From NCBI GenBank assembly GCA_963804645.1, contig CAWDRG010000009.1, positions 768,001 to 832,000 on the forward strand: a stretch of DNA of 64,000 bases. Reading direction: 5' to 3'. A program made the position numbers and the translations under genes. This stretch comes from an uncultured Bacillota bacterium (lineage in GTDB: Bacteria; Sysuimicrobiota; Sysuimicrobiia; Sysuimicrobiales; Segetimicrobiaceae). This document shows, piece after piece, positions 28,238-38,787 of the stretch. Below the pieces are notes generated by a model. The model saw only the letters and a program-made list of their open reading frames with translations, made no database searches and was not told the DNA's origin. Position 1 is the stretch's first letter, and each line of letters starts with the position of its first letter.

Positions 28238-29028
28238 TGTTGGGGCGTGGACGGCTGGAAGGCAAAGCCGCTCTGATCACTGGCGCGGCCTCGGGGATCG
28301 GGCGCGCATCCGCTCAGCTCTTCGCGTCGGAGGGAGCGTCGGTGCTTGTCGTCGATATCGACGACGACGGGGGGCGGCAAACCGTGGCGGATATTCGGGC
28401 GGCTGGCGGGCGCGCGGACTTTTGCCATGCCGACGTGTCGGTGGAGGCGGACGTTCGGGGAGCCGTTGAGCTGTGCGTGCGCGCGTTCGGCAAGATCGAT
28501 ATCCTCTACAACAACGCCGGGGCGGTGTTCGGCCTCGACATCACCGACGTGACCATGGAGATCTGGCAAAAGGAGGTCGGCGTCAACCTCACAGGGGTCT
28601 ACCTCGGCATGCGGTTTGCGATCCCGCACATGCTGCGTCAGGGCGGTGGCGCGATTCTCAGCACCTCGTCCAACGCCGGGATCATTGGGCGACCGGCTAT
28701 TCCCGCCTACGGCGCGGCGAAAGCCGGGGTGGTGATGCTGACCAAGGCGGTGGCGCTGCAATACGCGGATCGGGGCATTCGCGCGAACTGTGTGTGTCCG
28801 GGGTCGGTGCGTACGGCCGCGATGGGGTTCGGGCCCAAGAATCCGGCGGAACAAGAACGCGCCGAACGGGCACTGGCCGCGATCATTCCGATGCAGCGAG
28901 TGGGCGACGCCAAAGAACTCGCGTCCGCCGCGCTCTTTCTGTGTTCTGACGAGGCGTCCTACATCACCGGCGTCGCGCTGCCGGTTGACGGCGGCCGAAC
29001 CGCCGGCATGGCTGAGCCGCTGCGCTAG
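28237..29028 (+). CDS. Classical SDR oxidoreductase
   Basis: TGAASGIG, NNAG, YGAAK catalytic motif. TGATG coupling to the previous gene. Confidence 0.93.
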   Translation: MLGRGRLEGKAALITGAASGIGRASAQLFASEGASVLVVDIDDDGGRQTVADIRAAGGRADFCHADVSVEADVRGAVELCVRAFGKIDILYNNAGAVFGLDITDVTMEIWQKEVGVNLTGVYLGMRFAIPHMLRQGGGAILSTSSNAGIIGRPAIPAYGAAKAGVVMLTKAVALQYADRGIRANCVCPGSVRTAAMGFGPKNPAEQERAERALAAIIPMQRVGDAKELASAALFLCSDEASYITGVALPVDGGRTAGMAEPLR

Positions 29029-29051
29029 ACCGGACTCAAGGGAGGCATACC

Positions 29052-29393
29052 ATGTCCGAGTTCATCGTTCGATACCTTGATACCGTTCCAGAAACGGAAC
29101 CGGTGCTGGGACTTCGGATGCGCAGTTGGGCCGGTGCTGGGCTCTCGGCCGTTCATGCACGGCTCGCACCGAACACCGCCATGCCGCAGCATCGCCATGT
29201 CGCGGAGCAGATGGGCATCGTGCTCGAGGGGATGATGACGATCACGTGCGCTCACCGCAGCGAGCGCGTGTCGAGCGGGACGGTGTATCGGATCGCCTCG
29301 GACGTTCCCCACAGCGTGCAGGCGGGACCCGAGGGGTGCGTGATCATCGAGATGTTCGCTCCGGCGCGAGAAGGCGTGCCTCGGTTGGCATAA
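29052..29393 (+). CDS. Cupin domain protein
   Basis: HRHVAEQ..IVLEG and PH cupin metal motifs. Confidence 0.88.
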   Translation: MSEFIVRYLDTVPETEPVLGLRMRSWAGAGLSAVHARLAPNTAMPQHRHVAEQMGIVLEGMMTITCAHRSERVSSGTVYRIASDVPHSVQAGPEGCVIIEMFAPAREGVPRLA

Positions 29394-29405
29394 GGCGGTG
29401 TAGCC

Positions 29406-30185
29406 GTGGATCTCGGACTCTCCGGACAGGTGATGTTGGTGACTGGCGGCTCCAAGGGGTTGGGCTTTGCCATCGCCGAGGAGCTGCTGCGAGAGGGCGC
29501 GATGGTTGTCATCTGCGCTCGCCACCGTGACGAACTCGATGCCGCGGCGCGCCGACTCGAAGCGCTCGGCCCCGTCCTGGCGGTGCCGGCAGACGTCACG
29601 CTGGAGGCCGACACCGTCAATCTCGTCGAAACGGTGCGGTCGCGCTTCGGACGGTTGGATGTCCTTGTCAACAACGCCGGCGGAGCGGTCTCGGGATCAT
29701 TTGACCGTTTGACCGATGCCGATTGGCAGCATGATTTTGAAATGAAGGTGCTCGCGACGATCCGCCTCTGCCGGTTGGCGATGGCGCACATGCGGGCTCG
29801 GGGATACGGACGAATCATCAATATCGGCGCGACGATGGGGCGCGCGGTCGATCCACGCTTTTTTGCGAGCTGCACGCTGCGTGCAGCGTGCCTGTCGCTG
29901 TCCAAGAACCTCGCCGTGGAGGCCGCCCCGGCCGGCATCACGGTCAACTCGGTCAACATCGGGTTCGTCGAGACGCCGCAGTGGCGTACCATTCATCAAC
30001 GCCAGGCGCCTCAGGAGCCGTACGAGGACTTTATTGCCCGTATTGGGCGTCTCGAGGTGCCGGCCCAGCGATTCGGGAAGCCGCATGAGGTTGCCGGTCT
30101 CGTGGCGTTTCTGGCGTCTGAACGGGCGAGCTACATTACCGGGGCATCGATCGACGTGTCGGGCGGACAGGGATCGTACGTCTAA
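29406..30185 (+). CDS. Atypical SDR oxidoreductase
   Basis: TGGSKGLG, NNAG. YxxxK is replaced by SCTLR. Confidence 0.88.
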   Translation: MDLGLSGQVMLVTGGSKGLGFAIAEELLREGAMVVICARHRDELDAAARRLEALGPVLAVPADVTLEADTVNLVETVRSRFGRLDVLVNNAGGAVSGSFDRLTDADWQHDFEMKVLATIRLCRLAMAHMRARGYGRIINIGATMGRAVDPRFFASCTLRAACLSLSKNLAVEAAPAGITVNSVNIGFVETPQWRTIHQRQAPQEPYEDFIARIGRLEVPAQRFGKPHEVAGLVAFLASERASYITGASIDVSGGQGSYV

Positions 30186-30213
30186 CGGATCCGTTCGAAG
30201 GGGACCGCAGAAG

Positions 30214-32289
30214 ATGGAGCAAACGTACCTGCTCGGCGTGGACATCGGCGGCACCTTCACCGACTTTGTGCTGTGCCACGCGGTAAGCGGCAGAATCTGG
30301 TTGAATAAGTGTCTCACCACGCCCGAAGACCCCGCGCGAGCGGTCCGAGAGGGTCTTGATGCGCTGATGGCGCGGGCGGAGGTCACCGGGGCGGAGTTCC
30401 AGGTGATCATTCATGGGACGACGCTCATCACCAACGCGCTCATCGAACGTAAGGGGGCGCGAACCGCCCTGCTCGCCACGGACGGCCATCGGGACGTCCT
30501 TGAGATCGGCAACGAGATGCGGTACGACAGCTACGATTTGTTTCTCGAACGACCTGAACCTCTGGTGCCCCGCCCCTTGCGCTTCGATGTGGTCGAGCGC
30601 ATCGGCCCAGACGGTGAGATCGTGCACGCGCTCGATGAGGCGGCGGTGGTGTCCATCGCGTCGCGCCTGCGCGAGCACGACGTGGAGTCAGTCGCCGTGT
30701 GCTTTCTGCACTCGTTTGTCAATCCGAGCCATGAGCAGCGCGTGCGCGTCCTGCTGGAGCAGGCGCTGCCCGGGATCGCCGTCTCCTTGTCCAGCGAAGT
30801 AGCGCCCGAGATCCGCGAATACCCGCGCATGTCCACGACGGCCGCCAACGCGTATGTGCAGCCGCTCGCGAAGAGCTACGTCCGCCGCTTGCACGCCGAT
30901 TTGGAAGCGGCCGGCTACGGGCGGCCCCTGTACATGATGCTGTCGAGCGGGGGAATCGTCACGCACGAGACGGCCGCGAGGTTTCCGATTCGACTCGTGG
31001 AGTCGGGGCCGGCCGCGGGCGCGCTGGCCACGGCGGCGCTCGGCCGGCGTTTGAAGCGACGCGATCTGCTCGCGTTCGACATGGGCGGGACGACCGCCAA
31101 GGCGTGTCTGGTGCACGACGGCGCGCCCAGCACGTCGAAGGAGTTCGAGGTCGCCCGGGTCAAGCGGTTCATCAAGGGGAGCGGCCTGCCGCTCCAGGTG
31201 CCGGTGATTGACATGATCGAAATCGGCGCCGGAGGGGGCAGCATCGCCCGGGTCGACAGCATGGGCCTGCTGAAGGTCGGCCCGGACAGCGCCGGTTCGA
31301 ACCCCGGTCCTGTCTGCTACGGCCGGGGCGGCGATCGGCCGACGGTCACCGATGCCGATCTCATGCTCGGCTACCTGGATCCCGCGTTTTTCCTCGGGGG
31401 CACGATGCCGCTGGACGTGGCGGCGGCCCGTGCCGTGCTCGGCCGCCTCGGTGTGCGGTTGGGCATGAGCGAGACCCAAGTCGCCGCCGGCATCTTCGCG
31501 GTCGTCAACACCAACATGATCGCGGCCGCCAAGATGCACATCGCGGAGCGGGGTCGCGATCCGCGGCGATATTCGCTTGTGGCGTTCGGCGGCATGGGCC
31601 CGATGCACGGCTGCGCAGTGGCCCAAGCTCTCAAGATCCGGGAGGTGATCTGCCCGGCATCGGCCGGGGTGCTCTCGGCGTGGGGCATGCTGGTGGCGCC
31701 GACCGCGTTCGAGTTCGCGCGGTCATTGGTTGCGCGATTGGACGATGGGGCGCTGCGTCAGGCCAACGTCGTGCTCGGGCAGATGGCGATGGAAGGGGAG
31801 CAGATGCTGGCGGAAGCCGGGGCGGTCGGCTCCGGGCTCCGCGTTCAGCGCGCCCTGGATATGCGGTACGTTGGGCAAACGAGGGAGATCACCGTCCCGC
31901 TCCCGAATGACGGGGCCGGCGTCACCGTTGACGTCGTTCGGACGGCCTTTGCTGCGCGATACGAGGGCCTGTTCGGCCATGCTCATTCCGACGTGCCGCT
32001 CCAGATTGTCACATGCCGGCTCGTCGCCACATCACCGGCTCGCACGGTGCCGAATCAGGTCGCGCAGCTGGAGCAGGGCGGTGCCAAGAAAGGCGAACGC
32101 CCGGCCTTTTTTGACGGAGCGTTTGTGCCGACGGCCGTGTACGATCGATACCGTCTCGCGCCTGGGGCCGCGCTTGTCGGCCCGGCGGCCATCGAGGAGC
32201 GTGAATCGACGGCGCTCGTTCCTCCAGGTGCGACCGCGCGCGTGGACGAGCACCTGAACCTGATGATCAGTCTGCCGGAGGGGACGTAG
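30214..32289 (+). CDS. Hydantoinase A / oxoprolinase family subunit (ATP-binding)
   Basis: GVDIGGTFTD, HGTT, ESGPAAG, DMGGTT, IGAGGGS. Confidence 0.93.
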   Translation: MEQTYLLGVDIGGTFTDFVLCHAVSGRIWLNKCLTTPEDPARAVREGLDALMARAEVTGAEFQVIIHGTTLITNALIERKGARTALLATDGHRDVLEIGNEMRYDSYDLFLERPEPLVPRPLRFDVVERIGPDGEIVHALDEAAVVSIASRLREHDVESVAVCFLHSFVNPSHEQRVRVLLEQALPGIAVSLSSEVAPEIREYPRMSTTAANAYVQPLAKSYVRRLHADLEAAGYGRPLYMMLSSGGIVTHETAARFPIRLVESGPAAGALATAALGRRLKRRDLLAFDMGGTTAKACLVHDGAPSTSKEFEVARVKRFIKGSGLPLQVPVIDMIEIGAGGGSIARVDSMGLLKVGPDSAGSNPGPVCYGRGGDRPTVTDADLMLGYLDPAFFLGGTMPLDVAAARAVLGRLGVRLGMSETQVAAGIFAVVNTNMIAAAKMHIAERGRDPRRYSLVAFGGMGPMHGCAVAQALKIREVICPASAGVLSAWGMLVAPTAFEFARSLVARLDDGALRQANVVLGQMAMEGEQMLAEAGAVGSGLRVQRALDMRYVGQTREITVPLPNDGAGVTVDVVRTAFAARYEGLFGHAHSDVPLQIVTCRLVATSPARTVPNQVAQLEQGGAKKGERPAFFDGAFVPTAVYDRYRLAPGAALVGPAAIEERESTALVPPGATARVDEHLNLMISLPEGT

Positions 32290-32290
32290 G

Positions 32291-33922
32291 ATGTCGGCGC
32301 CGCGCGTGCAGATCGATCCCGTGACCCTCGAGATCTATTGGAACCGCCTGATTACCGTGATGGGTGAGACGGATTTGACGCTACTTCGGACGGCGATGTC
32401 TACGATCGTAAGCGAGGCGAAGGACTTTGCCTTTGTGCTGCTCGATGCCGACGGCAACGGTCTCGCCCAGTCGATCGACAGTCTCACCGTCTTTACCGGC
32501 ATCCTCCCCTATACTGCGCGGCATCTGTTGAGTATATTCCCGCCCGAGGAACTGCAAGACGGCGACGTGCTGCTGACGAACGACCCCTGGATTGGCGCTG
32601 GGCACCTTCCTGACTTCTGCTTCGTGAAGCCGGTGTTCCACGCGGGCCGTATTGTCGCCTACATGACGTGCCTGGTCCATATGGCGGACGTGGCGGGGTC
32701 GTTGAGCTACTTCGGCGCCCGCGACGTCTTTGAGGAAGGCGTGAACCTTCCACCCTGCAAGCTCTACCGCGCCGGCCAGCCCAGCGCGGAGATCCTCGCG
32801 ATCATTCGAGCCAACTCGCGCGTGCCCGAGATCTCGATCGGTGACGTGCGGGCGGTCATCTCCGCGCTGCACGTGGCGACCGAGCGCCTCCGGGAATTTC
32901 TGGACGATTACAACCTCCCCGGGCTGCAGGATGTCTCCGCGAGCATCCGACAGCGGTCCGAGGACGTCATGCGCCAGGCGCTGCGTGTGATCCCGCCTAG
33001 GACCTACAGTCACGCGGTGACCATCGACGGGTTTGGGGACGACACCGTGACGATCGCGGTGAACATCTCCGTGCGCGATGGAACGGCGACGATCGACTAT
33101 GCGGGCAGCTCGGCGGAGACGTTCACCGGCGCGATCAACGTGTGTCTGAACTATACACGCGGCAGCACGCTCGCGGCGATCAAATCGGCTCTGACGCCCG
33201 AGATTCCAAGCAACGAAGGGCTGTTTCAGCCGATCGCGGTGCTTGCGCCCGTGGGGTCGATCCTCAACTGTCGCAGTCCGGTTCCGGTCCGTGGAAGGTC
33301 GGCCGTGGCCGTACACGCGTGCGAGGCCATCTTCGGTGCACTGACCCCGGCGATCCCGGACAGAGTCATGGCGGGGAGCGGTACCTTCTGGGGCGTGTGG
33401 ATGACCGGCCGCTTTGACGACGGGCGGCCGTTCAGCGCGGCGATGCTGCCCAACGGCGGTATGGGGGCCAGCGGGCGCAAAGATGGGCTTTCGACGACCG
33501 CGTTCCCCTGGAACAGCATGGTGACGCCGACAGAAATTCTTGAGAATCAAGTACCTCTATACCTAGAGCGCAAGGAGTTGCTGCCGCGTTCCTCGGGCGA
33601 CGGGCGTTTCCGAGGCGGCCTCGGTCAGCGTCTCGTGTTTCGTCCGAGGGGCGACACGCCGGTGACGATGTCGCTGCGGCCGGTGAACCTGCGCTTTCCG
33701 CCGCCCGGATTGATGGGCGGGGACCCCGGGACGTTGGGACGCGTCCTCCTGAACGGCCGATCTGCGACGGAGACGGTATTTACACTGCGCGCGGGGGACG
33801 TACTGGTCTGCGAGCTGCCCGGCGGCGGCGGGTTCGGGTCCGCATCGCAGCGCAGCGATGATTCGCGCTCGCGAGACACGGAGCTCGGCTATGCCGCGCC
33901 CGCGCCGGGGGGTAGTGAGTGA
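32291..33922 (+). CDS. Hydantoinase B / oxoprolinase family subunit
   Basis: DPVTLEI, NDPWIGAGHLPD, HMADV, FEEG, PGGGGFG. Confidence 0.92.
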   Translation: MSAPRVQIDPVTLEIYWNRLITVMGETDLTLLRTAMSTIVSEAKDFAFVLLDADGNGLAQSIDSLTVFTGILPYTARHLLSIFPPEELQDGDVLLTNDPWIGAGHLPDFCFVKPVFHAGRIVAYMTCLVHMADVAGSLSYFGARDVFEEGVNLPPCKLYRAGQPSAEILAIIRANSRVPEISIGDVRAVISALHVATERLREFLDDYNLPGLQDVSASIRQRSEDVMRQALRVIPPRTYSHAVTIDGFGDDTVTIAVNISVRDGTATIDYAGSSAETFTGAINVCLNYTRGSTLAAIKSALTPEIPSNEGLFQPIAVLAPVGSILNCRSPVPVRGRSAVAVHACEAIFGALTPAIPDRVMAGSGTFWGVWMTGRFDDGRPFSAAMLPNGGMGASGRKDGLSTTAFPWNSMVTPTEILENQVPLYLERKELLPRSSGDGRFRGGLGQRLVFRPRGDTPVTMSLRPVNLRFPPPGLMGGDPGTLGRVLLNGRSATETVFTLRAGDVLVCELPGGGGFGSASQRSDDSRSRDTELGYAAPAPGGSE

Positions 33923-33987
33923 ACGGGCGCGTGCACGAGAGAAGCGCCGAACGAGTCCGTTCTTCTTTCTAGCGGAGGGTCGTCACC

Positions 33988-36318
33988 ATGGTGGATCGGT
34001 CCGCCGGCGTGTCGCAGCAGGGCGCGGTGGGACGTTTCGCGGCGCTTGAGGCGATCCAAGACCGCATCTTGTGGTTGAGCATGCTGATGATTCACCATGC
34101 AAATCGGGTGCGGCCCAACCCCAGCGGTCTAAAAGTCGGGGGGCACCAGGCGTCCAGCGCGTCCGTGGTCTCGCTCATGACCTCACTGTTTTTCGATTTC
34201 ATGCGGCCGGGAGACCGGATATCGGTCAAGCCGCACGCAGCGCCGGTGCTCCACGCCGTCCACTACCTGCTGGGCAATCTTGACCGGCGGTATTTGACCA
34301 CGCTTCGTGCATTCCACGGTCTGCAGGCGTACCCGAGCCGCACCAAGGATCCGTTTCCGGTCGACTTCTCCACGGGGTCCGTTGGATTGGGCGCCGTCGC
34401 GCCGAACTTTGCCGCGTTGGCGAGCCGCTACGTCCACGCGCACTTTGGGTGCCCCGAGGAGACGGGCCACCGGTTCATTTCGCTGATTGGAGACGCCGAG
34501 CTCGACGAAGGGTCCATTTGGGAGGCGGTGGCCGAGCCGGCGCTGACGCAGTTGGACGACGTGATCTGGGTCGTCGATTTGAATCGCCAGTCCCTCGACC
34601 GGGTTGTGCCCGGGTTGCGTGTGCGGCAGCTGGAAGCGATGTTCCAAGCCAACGGCTGGAAGGTCATCGAGGCCAAATACGGGCGGCAGCTGACTGAGGC
34701 GTTCCGGCGGCCCGGCGGCGACGCGCTGCGCCGGCGGATCGATGAGATGTCGAACGAGGAATATCAGTACCTTCTTCGTGCCGGTGTCTCCGTGGTGCGC
34801 CGGGAACTCGGAGAAGATCTTCTTGCCGATCGATCGGACGGTGCCGTAAGGAGGCTCCTCGGCGATCTCGGCGGACATGATCTGCAGGTCCTTCACGACG
34901 CCCTTGCCGACGCCGATGCCGTGCGGGGGCCCTCGGTGATATTTGCCTACACCATTAAGGGGTGGAGGCTGCCCATTGCGGGAGATCCGCTGAACCATTC
35001 GGCCCTTCTGACATCCGAGCAAATGGACACGCTTCGGAATCAGCTTGGAATTCCGGCCGATGACGTATGGGCGACGTTCCCGGCGGATAGCGAGGAATCG
35101 CGAGTGTGCCGGGAGACGGGGCTGACGGTGGACGCGGCCGCGCGCCGCCCCCACTCGGTCGAGGACGTACCTGACGATCTTGGCCGGGAGTATGGGGATG
35201 TGACGTCGACCCAAGGGGCGTTCGGACAGATTCTCACCACGCTCCTGCGGGTCTCTCCGGGCGTCGCACGCCGGGTCGTGACGGTGAGCCCGGATGTCGC
35301 GATTTCCACGAACTTGGGGGGATGGATCAACCGCGTCGGCGTATGGCATCCGACGGACGATCAAGACCCCTTTACCGTGCTTGGACCACGTCTCATCCAG
35401 TGGAATCGCAAGCCGCAGGGACAGCATATCGAGCTGGGGATCTCTGAGACAAACCTGCTCATGGCGCTGGGGCAGCTCGGTCTCGCCGGGGAGAGGACAG
35501 GAGAACCGCTCCTTGCCATTGGCACGCTGTACGATCCGTTTGTGGCCCGCGCTCTCGATGCCTTCGTATACGGCATTTACTCAGGCAGCCGATTCGTGTT
35601 GGTGGGGACCCCCTCGGGAGTGACACTGGCTCCCGAAGGTGGGGCCCATCAGTCAATCGTGACCCCGCTCGTTGGGGAAGGGTTGCCCGGGGTACTGTAC
35701 CACGAGCCGTGTTTTGCGCTTGAACTCGAGTGGCTTCTCCTGGACGCCCTTCGGGCGCTGTATAGTGCCGACGGCGGCCGGGCAACGTACTTCCGGCTCA
35801 GCACGGCGGTCGTCGACCAAACACTGCTTCCCGGGACCGATCGCGAACAACTGCGCAAGAAGGTTCTCTCGGGGGCCTACCGCCTCGTCGATCGTGCCGC
35901 GGACCCCGGATGCCAACCGGGCAGAAACACGGTCGAGATCTGGGCCACCGGCGTCATGGTGCCCGGGGCGGTGCGGGCCTCCGAGGAGCTCCTTCAGGAT
36001 GGCATCTATGCGAATGTGGTGAACTGTGTGAGTCCGGGCCTTGTCTATAGGACCTGGCAGGACGCGACCCACGAGAGCCTCAAGCACCTGCGGCCTGCAC
36101 CGGTACAGATGCCGGTGAGTGGTCCGGTGGTTACGGTTATTGACGCCCACCCCGCGGCCCTGGCCTGGGTCGGCAGCATGCTCGGACGAAAGGCGTATCC
36201 ATTAGGTGTGGTGCGTTTCGGTGAGTCCGGGCTGCCCGCGGACTTGTACCAAGCCTGCAAGATTGATTGGGAATCGATCTACGCAGCGTGCTGTGTTGCA
36301 CTGAAAGAAGCACAGTAG
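33988..36318 (+). CDS. ThDP-dependent AceE-type 2-oxoacid dehydrogenase E1 (short form)
   Basis: GGHQASSAS, YPSRTKD, STGSVGLG, GDAELDEG...N ThDP motif, ELGISE, EGGAHQS. Confidence 0.85.
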   Translation: MVDRSAGVSQQGAVGRFAALEAIQDRILWLSMLMIHHANRVRPNPSGLKVGGHQASSASVVSLMTSLFFDFMRPGDRISVKPHAAPVLHAVHYLLGNLDRRYLTTLRAFHGLQAYPSRTKDPFPVDFSTGSVGLGAVAPNFAALASRYVHAHFGCPEETGHRFISLIGDAELDEGSIWEAVAEPALTQLDDVIWVVDLNRQSLDRVVPGLRVRQLEAMFQANGWKVIEAKYGRQLTEAFRRPGGDALRRRIDEMSNEEYQYLLRAGVSVVRRELGEDLLADRSDGAVRRLLGDLGGHDLQVLHDALADADAVRGPSVIFAYTIKGWRLPIAGDPLNHSALLTSEQMDTLRNQLGIPADDVWATFPADSEESRVCRETGLTVDAAARRPHSVEDVPDDLGREYGDVTSTQGAFGQILTTLLRVSPGVARRVVTVSPDVAISTNLGGWINRVGVWHPTDDQDPFTVLGPRLIQWNRKPQGQHIELGISETNLLMALGQLGLAGERTGEPLLAIGTLYDPFVARALDAFVYGIYSGSRFVLVGTPSGVTLAPEGGAHQSIVTPLVGEGLPGVLYHEPCFALELEWLLLDALRALYSADGGRATYFRLSTAVVDQTLLPGTDREQLRKKVLSGAYRLVDRAADPGCQPGRNTVEIWATGVMVPGAVRASEELLQDGIYANVVNCVSPGLVYRTWQDATHESLKHLRPAPVQMPVSGPVVTVIDAHPAALAWVGSMLGRKAYPLGVVRFGESGLPADLYQACKIDWESIYAACCVALKEAQ

Positions 36319-36387
36319 GCGCCGCAGCGGAATGCGCACACCATCGGAGTACGAGAGTCTCGGGCCGAAGCCGACGGGAGTGATCGC

Positions 36388-37827
36388 ATGGTGACTGATA
36401 TCGCCTCTCCAGTCGAGGCTCCGACAGCGGCGATTGCTGATTTCGTGGTCAACATGCAGTTTCGGGACATCCCCCGATTCGTCGTTGTGAGCGCGTGTCA
36501 ATGTGTGATCGACAGCGTCGCCAACTCGATCGGCGGGGCCGCCCTCGAGCCGGGGCGCATCGTCGTGGATTACATATCCGCGATGGGCGGGGCGAGGGAA
36601 TCGAGTATTCTCGCCACGGGCCTGCGGGTGCCGTCAGCCCTCGCGGCGTTCGTAAACAGTCACCTCGTGAACGTGCTTGATTTCGATGACACCTTTGAGT
36701 ACATTGCACACCCAGGTGCAACAGCCATTCCTCCTGCCCTTGCGGTGGCGGAGAGGGTTCACGCGTCCGGCGAGGCGCTTCTGACCGCGATTGTGGCGGC
36801 GTACGAAGTGTCGTTGCGTATTGGCTTGGCGATTCAGCCGTCGGCGCAGCGGCACCGAGACGTCTTTGGTCTCGGCACCTGGCAAACGTTCGGGGCGGTG
36901 ACCGCCGCGGCGAAGTTGCTTCATCTTGACGCCGACGCGGTTCGACATGCATTTGGGCTCGCCGGATCCGTGGCTCCGGTACCCCACTGTCGCAAACTGG
37001 GGCTTGAGCGGGAGGAGCGTCCGTTTGCGTGGGGCAAGAACAACTATCATTATGCGTCGCTCGCGGGCGTGACCGCCGCGGACCTGGCCAGCAGAGGTTT
37101 TTTGGGAAATCGGTTCGTCCTTGACGGACCGCATGGGTTCTGGCGGATGGCTGCGTCCGACCAATGCGATTGGCGCCAATTTACCGCGGGCCTTGGCGAG
37201 GATTGGTTGCTACCCCGCACCTCGATGAAGCCGTACGCTGGGTGCCGATGGACGCATTCCAGCATCGATGTGGCATTGCGGCTGGCCGGCCGGTTTCCAC
37301 CTGATCGGATACGGCACATCCAAGTGTTCACGTTTTACGAGGGCCAAGTGAGCCTCTCCGCAGCACACCCGCAAAACATCATCGACGCGCAGTTTTCCCT
37401 CCCATACCTGCTGGCCCTGTGTTTTCTCGGACGATCGCCAGATCGCGGGTTGCGCGAAGGGGACTTGACCGATCCGATGGTTCGCGCGTTGGCGACTCGC
37501 ATTCGAGTCATAGAGGATCCGGCGTTCACAGAAGCCTACCATCTGCGAAAGGTTACGCCGAGCCGGCTGATCGTCGAGCTGGAGGATGGTGCCATCCTTG
37601 AGGAGTACTGCGAAGTCCCCCGTGGCGCTCCCACGGACCCGGTGTCACCCGAGGAAACGCAGGCCAAGTTTAACTCGTTGGCAACGCCGTTGTTGGGGAC
37701 CCGGCGAGCGCAGCGCGCACTCTCGGGCATGCTCGCGTTAGACGCCGTTGCCGACGTGACCGCATGGGTTCGGTCGTGGGCCGGGTCTGGCAGACGCGGC
37801 AAGGCGGGATCAACTGCGGTTGGATAA
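36388..37827 (+). CDS. MmgE/PrpD family protein
   Basis: LDFDDT...HPG, AYEV, KPYAGCRWTH, QFSLPY. Confidence 0.92.
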   Translation: MVTDIASPVEAPTAAIADFVVNMQFRDIPRFVVVSACQCVIDSVANSIGGAALEPGRIVVDYISAMGGARESSILATGLRVPSALAAFVNSHLVNVLDFDDTFEYIAHPGATAIPPALAVAERVHASGEALLTAIVAAYEVSLRIGLAIQPSAQRHRDVFGLGTWQTFGAVTAAAKLLHLDADAVRHAFGLAGSVAPVPHCRKLGLEREERPFAWGKNNYHYASLAGVTAADLASRGFLGNRFVLDGPHGFWRMAASDQCDWRQFTAGLGEDWLLPRTSMKPYAGCRWTHSSIDVALRLAGRFPPDRIRHIQVFTFYEGQVSLSAAHPQNIIDAQFSLPYLLALCFLGRSPDRGLREGDLTDPMVRALATRIRVIEDPAFTEAYHLRKVTPSRLIVELEDGAILEEYCEVPRGAPTDPVSPEETQAKFNSLATPLLGTRRAQRALSGMLALDAVADVTAWVRSWAGSGRRGKAGSTAVG

Positions 37828-37967
37828 TTTGCCGGCGGCGGGCGGATCCACAATTTGTGGGAGCACACGCGGTTTCCACCCAAGCGCGCTCCCGGCGATA
37901 TGTCTTGGGTGTTGAAACGGAGACGTTCATCCAGCTTCTATATCTCGTCACGCACGGGTGTTCGCAG

Positions 37968-38024
37968 TTGACACCATTCGGACTACTTTCTATTATGAAT
38001 CAATCCTGTCGACCGGGTCGACTA
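37968..38024 (+). promoter_or_regulatory. Promoter and operator of the GntR-led operon 2
   Basis: TTGACA-17-TATTAT followed by CTGTCGACCGGGTCGACTA (38006-38024). Confidence 0.75.
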
Positions 38025-38747
38025 ATGCCTAGGCACTCAGGCAAGTTGGGCGTTCTGCCACGCGTAGCTCCGGACGGGAGCCGGTTGTCAGACCGAATCG
38101 CCGACACCCTTCTCCAAGAGATTCTATCCAATCAGATCGCGCCCGGCGATGCCCTGTCGGAATCGAGACTTGCCGCTCGCTTCGGGACTAGCCGGGCCCC
38201 CGTGAGGGAGGCGCTCCAACGGCTCGAACGTGAGTGTGTAGTCGCCATCATCCCCCGGGTGGGCGCGCGCGCTCAGGCGTTCACCGCGCAGAGCGCAAAC
38301 GACCTGTACGATTTGCGGATCGCTTTGGAGTCGCATGCGCTTCGCCGCTCAGCGCTCAGCCCAGAAGAGTTGGAACAGTTACACCGGATCGTGGCGGAAA
38401 TGGAAAGAGCGGCACGCATGCACAAGATTCGGGATGTTGTGGAGTATGACCTCAGTTTCCACGAGGCAGTCTGTCGGTTTTCCGGCAATCAGCGACTCGT
38501 GGAAGCGTGGCTACCATTGCGCCGAAATGCAAAAGCTCTATATTTTTTCATGATGAGCCGCATCCCCGTAGACGTGGGCGCGCTTCCGCAATCTCACAAG
38601 GCTATTATCGGGGCGTTGAGCACTGGCGACACGGAACACGCCGCGCGGTTGCTGACCGAGCACATCGAACAAACCCGCTCGGAACTCGTTAGTCTGCTGG
38701 GACGTGACGAAGAGCGCACCGTGGCGCGTTTACCGGGTACGGTGTAG
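38025..38747 (+). CDS. GntR family regulator (FadR/FCD subfamily)
   Basis: LSESRLAARFGTSRAPVREAL HTH. FCD domain with D..FH and H..II.AL. Start chosen downstream of the promoter. Confidence 0.9.
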   Translation: MPRHSGKLGVLPRVAPDGSRLSDRIADTLLQEILSNQIAPGDALSESRLAARFGTSRAPVREALQRLERECVVAIIPRVGARAQAFTAQSANDLYDLRIALESHALRRSALSPEELEQLHRIVAEMERAARMHKIRDVVEYDLSFHEAVCRFSGNQRLVEAWLPLRRNAKALYFFMMSRIPVDVGALPQSHKAIIGALSTGDTEHAARLLTEHIEQTRSELVSLLGRDEERTVARLPGTV

Positions 38748-38787
38748 TAGCCTGTACTGACTTGTTCTCTCGGGATAGGAGAGACGC

